Part shown: positions 54,277 through 64,000 of the stretch, piece by piece
Position numbering within the stretch: the first letter of the stretch is position 1
How the letters are laid out: each line of letters starts with the position of its first letter
Assembly: GCF_988242995.1 (NCBI RefSeq)
Contig: NZ_OZ547043.1
Strand: one strand, 5' to 3'
Length of the DNA: 64,000 bases
Program-made: the position numbers and the translations under genes
Notes under the pieces: model-generated
What the model saw: only the letters and a program-made list of their open reading frames with translations
Told to the model about the DNA's origin: nothing
Database searches by the model: none

Positions 54277-54490
54277 GCCGGACTCCTGTATTTATAATTT
54301 TAATTGTTTACGTAATTGTGAATTACGCAAGGTTGACATTAACGGCAGGTTAAAGTTTTAGGACTTTACTACCGCTCACAAAAAAATTTTTAGTCGACTG
54401 ATTGTGAGCATAGGTAAGCGGGAATTTCCCGGTATTTATCTTTTGATAAAACCGTGCACCCGCTAATAGTTTGCTGTTTTTAATCCGTAC

Positions 54491-55405
54491 TTAATGAGCA
54501 TAACGCGTGTTCTCATTAATGGATCGAATCATTGATTGTTTAGCTGAATTCAAATGGTTACGGAGCGCAAGGGTGGCATCAAGGTCACTGCGGCAAATCA
54601 GAGCGCTGAGAATGGTCATATGCTCATCGACGGCAATGATATTGCGCTGTTTAAGATCGCTTTCGTCCCATTGATAGTGAAAATGAAAGATGACTGAGAT
54701 GATCTCAAGCGATTGATCAAAAAAGATATTGTCGGCAGCTGAAAGCAGTAAGGAGTGAAAATCTCTGTCAAGTTGCGAGAACATGCGAAAGCTATTGCCG
54801 ATGTTGTCACGCAGTAGCCGATGACGTTCGAGCATGGTTTTCGCCTGCAGCCAGCGGGGATCATGATCAGGCAGGTTGAGAAAGTGCTGAAGTGAATGTG
54901 TTTCGAGCATTTCGCGTAGCTCAAACAGCTGCTCGGCGTAGGATTGATCGAATTGCTTCATGCTCCACTGGCCGCGTTTTTCGCTTTGAATAAGATTATA
55001 ACGGCCGAATTTTAAAAGATATTCTCTTACAACCACCGGGCTGACACCCGCGGCCCGAGCCAGTTGCAGTTCAGAAAAAGTTTCCCCAGGGCGTAACTGA
55101 CGCTGGTTTATCATCGTGAAAAAAGCCTGCTCAAACACTTTGTTTTGTTCACTCATTGAAGCGGTAGTACAGGCGAAACCGTCATCATGGTCAGGTTTAC
55201 GCGCAATAACATAGTCGTTTCCAACCTGCGTTAAGACGCCGCATTCGCGTAAGTGGCTGAGAATATGACGCACTGTTGTGCGGCTGATGTTGTACATTTC
55301 CGCCAGCGCACTTTGCGATGGAAGTGGGGAAGGGATATGACCCCGCGCCATATCATCAATGACCTGGTTAATCACATTGTGGCGTAAATTTTGTGAACGA
55401 CTCAT
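54491..55405 (-). CDS. lgoR: Transcriptional regulator LgoR (YjjM), GntR family
   Basis: 304-aa ORF; N-terminal HTH (LAEMYNISRTTVRHILSHL); synteny. Confidence 0.85.
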   Translation of the reverse strand: MSRSQNLRHNVINQVIDDMARGHIPSPLPSQSALAEMYNISRTTVRHILSHLRECGVLTQVGNDYVIARKPDHDDGFACTTASMSEQNKVFEQAFFTMINQRQLRPGETFSELQLARAAGVSPVVVREYLLKFGRYNLIQSEKRGQWSMKQFDQSYAEQLFELREMLETHSLQHFLNLPDHDPRWLQAKTMLERHRLLRDNIGNSFRMFSQLDRDFHSLLLSAADNIFFDQSLEIISVIFHFHYQWDESDLKQRNIIAVDEHMTILSALICRSDLDATLALRNHLNSAKQSMIRSINENTRYAH

Positions 55406-55543
55406 ATTTTCCTCCTTGTGAGTCCATTAAAACCCGATTTAAAACATTTTTATGCGTGTGTTTTCACAAAACAGATTTTCCGTTCCGCTGCCATTTTTCA
55501 TTTTCATTGATATCTAAGGCAACAAAAAATGGAGAGCCGAATC

Positions 55544-56566
55544 ATGTCTACGATGAATGTTTTAATTTGCCAGCAGCCGAAAGAATTAGTCTGGAAACAA
55601 CGCGAGATACCTATTCCGGGTGACAATGAAGCATTAATAAAAATTAAGTCTGTCGGGATTTGCGGTACCGATATTCATGCCTGGGGTGGAAATCAACCAT
55701 TTTTTAGTTATCCACGTGTTTTAGGCCATGAAATATGTGGGGAGATTGTTGGGCTGGGTAAAAATATTGCTGATCTTAAAAATGGTCAGCAAGTTGCTGT
55801 GATCCCTTATGTTGCCTGTCAGCAATGCCCGGCGTGTAAAAGCGGGCGTACCAATTGCTGTGAAAAAATTTCAGTCATTGGCGTGCATCAGGATGGCGGT
55901 TTTAGTGAGTATTTGAGCGTGCCGGTGGCGAACATTTTGCCCGCAGACGGTATTGACCCGCAGGCGGCCGCATTGATTGAACCTTTCGCTATTAGCGCTC
56001 ATGCGGTGCGTCGCGCAGCCATTGCTCCCGGCGAGCAGGTGCTGGTGGTCGGGGCGGGGCCAATCGGTCTGGGCGCGGCGGCAATCGCTAAAGCCGATGG
56101 CGCACAGGTGGTGGTGGCGGATACCAGTCCGGCGCGCCGTGAACATGTGGCAACGCGTCTGGAATTACCTTTACTGGACCCGTCAGCCGAAGATTTTGAC
56201 GCGCAGCTACGGGCGCAGTTTGGTGGTTCGCTGGCGCAGAAAGTGATCGACGCGACAGGTAATCAACATGCGATGAATAACACCGTGAATTTGATTCGTC
56301 ACGGCGGCACGGTGGTATTTGTCGGCCTGTTTAAAGGTGAGTTGCAGTTCTCCGATCCGGAATTCCATAAAAAAGAAACGACGATGATGGGCAGCCGCAA
56401 CGCCACGCCGGAAGATTTCGCTAAAGTCGGTCGACTGATGGCAGAAGGGAAAATCACTGCCGACATGATGTTAACCCATCGCTATCCGTTCGCCACGCTG
56501 GCAGAAACCTACGAGCGCGATGTGATTAACAATCGTGAGTTGATTAAGGGTGTAATTACTTTCTGA
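55544..56566 (+). CDS. lgoD: L-galactonate 5-dehydrogenase LgoD (YjjN), Zn-dependent MDR family
   Basis: Start at ATG 55544 (GGAGAG Shine-Dalgarno) gives 340 aa; zinc-ligand GHE motif and Rossmann GxGxxG (VVGAGPIGLGAA). Confidence 0.85.
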   Translation: MSTMNVLICQQPKELVWKQREIPIPGDNEALIKIKSVGICGTDIHAWGGNQPFFSYPRVLGHEICGEIVGLGKNIADLKNGQQVAVIPYVACQQCPACKSGRTNCCEKISVIGVHQDGGFSEYLSVPVANILPADGIDPQAAALIEPFAISAHAVRRAAIAPGEQVLVVGAGPIGLGAAAIAKADGAQVVVADTSPARREHVATRLELPLLDPSAEDFDAQLRAQFGGSLAQKVIDATGNQHAMNNTVNLIRHGGTVVFVGLFKGELQFSDPEFHKKETTMMGSRNATPEDFAKVGRLMAEGKITADMMLTHRYPFATLAETYERDVINNRELIKGVITF

Positions 56567-56593
56567 TAAGGCGAGATTATTAAAGTTGCCATG

Positions 56594-56627
56594 CAGCGTC
56601 CGGGGAAGTGTTGGGCGCTGTTTTTTT
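56594..56627 (+). terminator. Rho-independent terminator downstream of lgoD
   Basis: Stem CAGCGUCC / GGGCGCUG (one G-U pair) followed by a 7-T run, about 28 nt after the lgoD stop. Confidence 0.55.
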
Positions 56628-56644
56628 CTGTTTCTCAATGATGT

Positions 56645-56695
56645 TTTGTAGGCCGGAGAAGGTGTGTAGGTCGCACCTTATGCGACCTACACATC
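56645..56695. repeat. REP-like palindrome immediately downstream of opgB
   Basis: GTAGGCCGGAGAAGG followed by a perfect 11-bp hairpin TGTAGGTCGCA-cctta-TGCGACCTACA. Confidence 0.5.
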
Positions 56696-56704
56696 AGTCA
56701 GGAA

Positions 56705-58996
56705 TTACCCTTCACGTTCCACAACTTTAATTTCCACCATGCCGATCCCGAGCTTACGCGGCGAGTGTCCGAGGATATTCCCTTCGTTGGTTGAGACAGG
56801 TTCCGGCGGCACAATTACCAGTGTGTCGGCATCGGTTGGGTTATCGAAATGCAGTGTGGTGGTGGTTACTTCATTGCCCAGCACAAGAGTTTGTTCTTCA
56901 TTGCCTACGCGTACCGGAATAGGACGGCTGGCGTTATTGCCGTATGCTTTGGCGGTAATCACCAGGTCAAATTTCTTCGGCAGCGGATGCTTGTACTCGA
57001 TTTTTACTTCATCGCCCAGCTGAGCGTTGGACCAGCGGCCCCACGACTCCGGACGGGAAATCCCGCTAAACTGTTTCACCTCTTCTGGCGCACCGGCGAC
57101 GTTGAAGATGAAACTGTCGGCTTTGTAGCGAATATCGTTATCAACAATTTTCAGCGTATCGACATTGCTTTTGTAACGCGCCATGTCGATGACCGTATCT
57201 TTAAATGCCGTTTTGCCCTTCCACATTGTTTTATCAACATGCTGGACAATTTGCTGACCGCCAAGCTGCCCCTGCGAGACACACCAGTCGGTGGAGAGTG
57301 CCAGTTCCGGAGCCCAGAGTTGTGCCATCTTATAGCAACGGTCAACCCAGACGAAATTGTCGCGTGGAGCGAAATCGGCCAGCTGGAAACGCAGCGGTGC
57401 TGAGTATTCGCTTTCCGGCAGCGGTTCCACGCGTTTGTCTGAAACCCGCAACAGCAGCGGCAAACGGAAATGGCTACCCGAGAAGGCAATCATGTTTTTC
57501 TGCTGGTCGATGGTGAACTCTTTCATCTCTTTAGGGAATTTCCACAGGCGGATGATATCCGGCTTCCACGCCAATGTTTTCTCTTTGATATTGAGGAAGA
57601 TTTCCGACATCGACTGCCCGGATAAACTGCTACGACCAAGTCCGAGATAGTTATCGCCACCGAGAATGTCCAGCACCGTCGCGCCGTTATCCATCGTGTT
57701 ACGCTTCACTGCCAGCGTCTCTTGCTGCGGCTTGTCGCCACGAATGACAAAAAACAGGTTATTGCGATCCTGCTTATTAAGGTATTTCCACGCCGTGTTG
57801 TTCATCGCTAAATGGTCAGAAGAGACGACGATGACGGTATCTTTAAACCACGGTGACGCTTTGATTTTGTTGATAAACGCCGCGATATTCTCCTGGCTGC
57901 AACTTACCGCGCTGAATGACTGGTTCGGCTTACCGTCAAAATCATATTTTTTGCGGTTACAGGTACGCGAGATAAAACCATCCGGGTGATGGGTATCGAC
58001 TGTCAGGGTAAACAGTGAGAATCGCTGACCTGAGCGGGAAAGCTCTTCAAACTTTTTCCACGCTTCATCGAGAACGGTATCGTCGTAGAATCCCCAGTCG
58101 TTGCGATAGTGCGGGTCGGCCACCACGCTTTTCAGCTCTTCTGAGCCGTATAAGTGGTCGAAGCCATGCGACTTCAGGAACACATCTTTACCGGCAAAAC
58201 GCAGATTCGCGCCCTGCACGAAATAGTTCTGATAACCCGAGTTTTTCAGGATATCGCCCAGACAGATGTTCTGCGGGAAGAAGCTGGAGACAGAGGCGGA
58301 GGCGTTGCCTTCAAAGGGGGCAAACAGCGGTATGCCGCACTGAGAAGCCACCATGCCCGCAATCGTGTAATCCGTTCCTGGCAGCTGCTGCGTGTGGCTG
58401 AAATCCAGGCCTTCATTTTTCAACGCGCCCAGTTCAGGCGTGAGATCCGGGAAAGCTTCGTTATCAAAATAGGTCCGCTCGAGACTTTCGCCGTAGATAT
58501 AAACCAGGTTGAGTTTCGGGTCAGGGATAGTTTTCGACGGCTCTTTATAATAAGCCGCAAAGTCCGGGTCGCCATCGCGTGACTGGGATTTCACCAGTTC
58601 CGTTATCTGACGAAATGCCGGGCTGGCGTCCACCGAACCCAGCGCCAGTAAGAGCGCCAGCAGGCTGTAACCAAAATGGTGCGGATGATGGCGACGACGG
58701 CGCAGGATCCAGCCCAGCGCACCGAACACCGCTGTCAGCCCCAGCACAATGCCGATACCCGGCAGGATGTATTTGCTGACGCCAGCACCGGTCAGGCTGT
58801 TGGTTAAGGTATAGAGAACCGCGTCGTTAATACCATCGCCAGTAAAATAGTCGCTGGCAAACAGGGTGATATTTAAAACGACAAATAGCCCCAGCACCGT
58901 TAATGTGGCTGCAAACCACCAGGTGTTACGTCCCGCTTTCCATGCGTAAATCAGCACAGAGGCGAGAAAAAGGGCGAAAGAGAGTAGTTCTGACAA
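56705..58996 (-). CDS. opgB: Phosphoglycerol transferase I OpgB (MdoB)
   Basis: 763-aa ORF; N-terminal TM helices and sulfatase-like periplasmic domain. Confidence 0.9.
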   Translation of the reverse strand: MSELLSFALFLASVLIYAWKAGRNTWWFAATLTVLGLFVVLNITLFASDYFTGDGINDAVLYTLTNSLTGAGVSKYILPGIGIVLGLTAVFGALGWILRRRRHHPHHFGYSLLALLLALGSVDASPAFRQITELVKSQSRDGDPDFAAYYKEPSKTIPDPKLNLVYIYGESLERTYFDNEAFPDLTPELGALKNEGLDFSHTQQLPGTDYTIAGMVASQCGIPLFAPFEGNASASVSSFFPQNICLGDILKNSGYQNYFVQGANLRFAGKDVFLKSHGFDHLYGSEELKSVVADPHYRNDWGFYDDTVLDEAWKKFEELSRSGQRFSLFTLTVDTHHPDGFISRTCNRKKYDFDGKPNQSFSAVSCSQENIAAFINKIKASPWFKDTVIVVSSDHLAMNNTAWKYLNKQDRNNLFFVIRGDKPQQETLAVKRNTMDNGATVLDILGGDNYLGLGRSSLSGQSMSEIFLNIKEKTLAWKPDIIRLWKFPKEMKEFTIDQQKNMIAFSGSHFRLPLLLRVSDKRVEPLPESEYSAPLRFQLADFAPRDNFVWVDRCYKMAQLWAPELALSTDWCVSQGQLGGQQIVQHVDKTMWKGKTAFKDTVIDMARYKSNVDTLKIVDNDIRYKADSFIFNVAGAPEEVKQFSGISRPESWGRWSNAQLGDEVKIEYKHPLPKKFDLVITAKAYGNNASRPIPVRVGNEEQTLVLGNEVTTTTLHFDNPTDADTLVIVPPEPVSTNEGNILGHSPRKLGIGMVEIKVVEREG

Positions 58997-59249
58997 CGGG
59001 CGATCCTCACTAAACCGGGCCGTTTAGCCAACGTTTAAGCTTTTTGAGAAGCACAATGTAATGGCGTCGCCATATTGCTGCAATTCTAGTGTCAAAAAAA
59101 TGCGATGTTGTTAGGAATTAGTTTATAAACAGACTTTTTTGATCGCGGTCGCTTCCCGTGTAACAGGGGGAAAACCGTCCAGGAGCAGGGAAAAGGGCAG
59201 GAGAGAGCCGCGTCAGCCGGGTAACAGCTAAAACGCGGCGTTTCGCGGT

Positions 59250-59747
59250 TCAGGAAATGAAGTTCAGCCCCTGCTTTAACACCAGATCGCAGGCTTTGGT
59301 TTTCACCTTTTCTGCCAGCGGAGTCGTTCCGATGTTATCCAGATTGAGTTGCTGACCATCTTTGGTTTTCAGCAAACCCTGAATGCCATCCAGATAGTTG
59401 GTGTCTTCTTTTTGCTCTTCACTGTTCAGGCCCAGCTTTTCCAGCACCTGGTTCTTGATGTTTTCGGCATCGGTTACCGACGCCAGCTTTTGCTTCGCGC
59501 AGTATTGCAGAATGCCTGCGGCGTTGTTCATGTTATCTGCGCTTAAGGCCTGGTTCCCGCTGCTAAGCAAGTTAGTTAATGACGCGAGCGACCAACCGCC
59601 TTCCTGTGTCGTGCTGTTTTGGTTGCCAAGTTCGCTGGCGGCGCTGGAGAGCGCATCTTTCCAGGACGCAGCATGCACCCCGGTGGAAATTAATGCGCTG
59701 GCGGCAATGGCACAGCACAGAAGATGTTTAACAGTTTTCATCATCAT
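59250..59747 (-). CDS. yjjA: DUF2501-family secreted protein YjjA
   Basis: 165-aa ORF with N-terminal signal peptide (MMMKTVKHLLCCAIAASALISTGVHA); start may be the second Met. Confidence 0.75.
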   Translation of the reverse strand: MMMKTVKHLLCCAIAASALISTGVHAASWKDALSSAASELGNQNSTTQEGGWSLASLTNLLSSGNQALSADNMNNAAGILQYCAKQKLASVTDAENIKNQVLEKLGLNSEEQKEDTNYLDGIQGLLKTKDGQQLNLDNIGTTPLAEKVKTKACDLVLKQGLNFIS

Positions 59748-59792
59748 TAATCAAGGTGGAATTGTGTCGCAGTATACCGCCAGAAACGGGGA

Positions 59793-60530
59793 TTAATACT
59801 CTTTACCTGTTACCCGGCTACGGTAGCTATCCCAGTTGAAGATCACCCACAAACTGTTACCCAGGCGCATACGGTCCATCACGCGTTCGCCCAGCAACTT
59901 GGTCATCTCTTCCATATTACTGTTGGTCAGCATCCCGGTTGGGCGTTTGGAAGAAGAGCGGCGATCGACGATCTGGTTGATGATCACTTTTTCGTATTTC
60001 GATTCGGTCTGCACGCCGATCTCATCGATCACCAGCAGATCAACGTTGCTCAGATCGTTAAGCAGTTGTTCTTCACTGGTACCGCTATTCCTGAAGGTAT
60101 CTTTCATCGCCGACATAATATCGGCCACGGTGATGATCAATACGGATTTACCGCGTAGCAGCAGCTCGTTGCAGATTGCCGCCGCCAGATGGTTTTTGCC
60201 GGTTCCTGGCTTACCAGAAAAGATGAAGCTGGCGATGTTGCCGTCAAACTCTTCGACGTACTGGCGCGCTTTGCTTAACGCATTCATCTGCCCTTCACAC
60301 TCAACGCGATAGTTCTCAAAGGAGCAGTTCTGATGCAGTGGCCGAATACCGGAGCGGTTAAAGGTGCGCTGCATTTTCATCGCCCGATTTTCACGTTCGA
60401 GAGCGGCGGAGCGGATCGCTCCTTGTTCTTTCTGCCAGGCCAGTAGCTCTTCACCCGTTTTGAATGCAGGTTTGATATGGGCAGGCATCATTTTTTGCAG
60501 GCGTTGCATCAGGTCGCCAACGTTTTTCAT
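59793..60530 (-). CDS. dnaC: DNA replication helicase loader DnaC
   Basis: 245-aa ORF; AAA+ Walker A (GKPGTGKNHLAAAI); 2-nt gap after dnaT. Confidence 0.95.
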   Translation of the reverse strand: MKNVGDLMQRLQKMMPAHIKPAFKTGEELLAWQKEQGAIRSAALERENRAMKMQRTFNRSGIRPLHQNCSFENYRVECEGQMNALSKARQYVEEFDGNIASFIFSGKPGTGKNHLAAAICNELLLRGKSVLIITVADIMSAMKDTFRNSGTSEEQLLNDLSNVDLLVIDEIGVQTESKYEKVIINQIVDRRSSSKRPTGMLTNSNMEEMTKLLGERVMDRMRLGNSLWVIFNWDSYRSRVTGKEY

Positions 60531-60532
60531 CG

Positions 60533-61072
60533 TTACCCTCTGAATCCTGGTGGAATTTGGCTGTCAGGTTCGCTGACCGTATTCACATCTCGTTTCGGCA
60601 GTCCGCCGTTGCTGGCACGACCGATTTGCAGGCTGCGCGCCAGTTTTTGTTGCCACTGCACATGGTGAAAGACTTTACCTTCCGCCTGCCAGTAGGCAAT
60701 GAATGAGGCCAGTTCTTCGGTGGTCACCGGCTCTCTTAGCGCCACGCCCCATAGCGCCGCCAGGCGGATAAAGTCGGCATCGGGTTGCCAGTCCGGATAC
60801 ATGGCGAATTTCCCCATGGGGACAGCAACGGGAGCGGCTTGCGGTTCCTGATAGAGTTGATCGTCCAGAGCGACATCGCTTCCCGGACGCGCCAGCTTTT
60901 CTTCCAGCGCCAGCAGTTCAGCCAGGCGTGCAGGCGTGACGGCATAAAACGCCGGGGCATTGTTAGCAAATACGGCAACCACACCGCCTTCAGCTTTTGC
61001 CAGAACGGTTTGGTGATCGTGTACCAGGGCGTCAATACCAACGACGTCCGGGGTCAAAACTCTGGAAGACAT
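60533..61072 (-). CDS. dnaT: Primosomal protein DnaT
   Basis: Start at ATG 61072 gives 179 aa ([26 protein letters not shown]...); operon with dnaC. Confidence 0.9.
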
Positions 61073-61178
61073 ACTGTTTCTCAAATATGGAACGATGAAC
61101 GAGAAGGGAGATAACTTTTATAGTAACACACGGAGGAGAGGAGGCTGTCTCTCATCCGTGTGCTTAAGCGAGGCAATT

Positions 61179-62413
<1,235 letters not shown>

Positions 62414-63031
62414 AACTCGCCCTTTGTCATAGACGTGCTGCGTATTGTTCAGATAATGAGAATCCATTTGTATCATGAAGCACGGTTGTTTTGCGGTAGG
62501 TTAAGATCAAAATTGCGCTGATTAATCCTGGTTATCGGGACAAGCTCGGTGATAAAAAGCGAATTATCTCTCGCCGCAAACAAACTATCACATGAATATT
62601 ATCACTATAATGAATTTATTGTTTGGCCTTTACGAATCAGGATAATAGATAACCGGGCACGTTTTTTAATGTTAACAAGTTAAAACCATCAGATTTCATT
62701 GAATAAATATTGGTTGTGTGATTTTTCATTCTGCGGGAAGGGATATCATTTAATTATAAATTAAATGAATGTGATTTCTGTTTTTCATTAAGTATTCCTA
62801 ACAACTTAATGTAGATATTTTAAATGTCTCCAGGCTATTTCACCAGGTTATCATTTGATGCTAACCTTCTGACACATGCAGTGGAGTTGTTGTGCAGCAG
62901 GAGTATGCTGATATGAAAGTGAATGCTAAGGATAATTTATTCGCTTAATCTATTAATTTGCTGGAAACATTTAAGGAATGAATATCCTGAATAAACCATC
63001 ATGATTTTTAGACAGTGGATGTGGAGGAAAT

Positions 63032-63757
63032 ATGTTGCCAGGATGCTGCAAAAATGGAATTGTTATCAGTAAAATACCTGTTATGCAAGCAGGGTTAAAA
63101 GAGGTCATGAGGACTCACTTCCCTGAATATGAAATAATATCCAGCGCCTCTGCGGAGGACCTTACCTTATTACAATTACGTCGTTCCGGATTAGTCATTG
63201 CTGATTTAGCCGGTGAAAGTGAAGATCCTCGTTCTGTTTGTGAACATTATTATTCTTTAATCTCACAATATCGGGAAATTCACTGGGTTTTCATGGTGTC
63301 ACGCTCCTGGTATTCCCAGGCAGTAGAATTGCTCATGTGCCCTACGGCGACGTTATTGTCTGATGTTGAACCCATTGAGAATCTGGTCAAGACCGTACGT
63401 TCCGGCAATACGCACGCAGAGCGTATCAGCGCCATGCTGACCTCTCCGGCAATGAATGAAACTCATGATTTTAGCTATCGCTCCGTCATTCTCACTCTTT
63501 CAGAGCGCAAGGTACTGCGGCTATTAGGTAAAGGATGGGGCATCAACCAGATAGCTTCGTTGCTTAAGAAAAGTAATAAAACTATCAGCGCCCAAAAAAA
63601 CAGTGCGATGCGTCGACTGGCAATTCACAGCAACGCTGAAATGTATGCATGGATAAATAGCGCGCAGGGTGCAAGAGAACTTAACTTGCCTTCTGTTTAT
63701 GGAGATGCCGCAGAATGGAACACAGCCGAATTAAGAAGAGAAATGTCGCACTCATAG
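63032..63757 (+). CDS. yjjQ: LuxR-family transcriptional regulator YjjQ
   Basis: 241-aa ORF; C-terminal LuxR/FixJ HTH ([41 protein letters not shown]); long AT-rich leader. Confidence 0.8.
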   Translation: MLPGCCKNGIVISKIPVMQAGLKEVMRTHFPEYEIISSASAEDLTLLQLRRSGLVIADLAGESEDPRSVCEHYYSLISQYREIHWVFMVSRSWYSQAVELLMCPTATLLSDVEPIENLVKTVRSGNTHAERISAMLTSPAMNETHDFSYRSVILTLSERKVLRLLGKGWGINQIASLLKKSNKTISAQKNSAMRRLAIHSNAEMYAWINSAQGARELNLPSVYGDAAEWNTAELRREMSHS

Positions 63758-64000
63758 AAAAATGCGTCATGAGCAGTATCGGTATTGAGAGTTTATTCAG
63801 AAAGTTTGCGGGTAACCCTTATAAGCTCCATACCTATACCAGTCAGGAGTCATTTCAGGATGCCATGTCGCGGATCTCATTTGCGGCGGTCATTTTTTCT
63901 TTTTCTGCCATGAGAAGTGAGCGCAGAGAGGGATTATCTTGCCTGACTGAACTGGCGATTAAGTTTCCGCGTACCCGGCGTTTAGTTATTGCGGATGATG
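63715..64000 (+). CDS. bglJ: LuxR-family regulator BglJ, 5' portion (runs off the window end)
   Basis: ATG at 63715 in a different frame from yjjQ, overlapping its last 43 nt; translation [41 protein letters not shown]... stays open to the window end. Confidence 0.8.
   Translation, partial: MEHSRIKKRNVALIEKCVMSSIGIESLFRKFAGNPYKLHTYTSQESFQDAMSRISFAAVIFSFSAMRSERREGLSCLTELAIKFPRTRRLVIADD

Overview
This window is an Escherichia coli chromosomal segment covering the K-12 map region iraD to bglJ, from a non-K-12-type strain. It has about 52 protein-coding genes, no rRNA, tRNA, CRISPR array or IS element that I could see, and several REP/BIME palindromic repeats. Two things distinguish it from K-12 as I recall that genome: the 4-hydroxyphenylacetate (hpa) catabolic island sits between btsT (yjiY) and tsr, and loci that are pseudogenes in K-12 (rpnD/yjiPQ, yjiT, yjiV) are intact here. 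The core of the window (about 14.7-36.1 kb) is the 'immigration control region': an intact yjiT-yjiV cassette, then mcrCB, symE/symR, hsdSMR and mrr. The most interesting feature is that cassette (15321-25016): a 1112-aa protein with no motif I can recognise, tightly coupled to a 2114-aa SF2 helicase with cysteine-ribbon modules. I read it as a candidate Druantia type III-like (DruH/DruE-like) anti-phage system, but that rests on architecture, synteny and memory, not on a database search. Flanking regions carry housekeeping and accessory genes (hypT, iadA, kptA, yjiJKLMN, mdtM, yjiR, yjiA, yjiX, btsT, tsr, lgoTRD, opgB, yjjA, dnaCT, yjjBP, yjjQ, bglJ). CDS coordinates come from the supplied ORF track, with start codons refined where an internal Met with a Shine-Dalgarno fits the known protein length; coordinates of small motifs were read by eye and may be off by 1-2 nt. 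Product names and K-12 comparisons are from memory.
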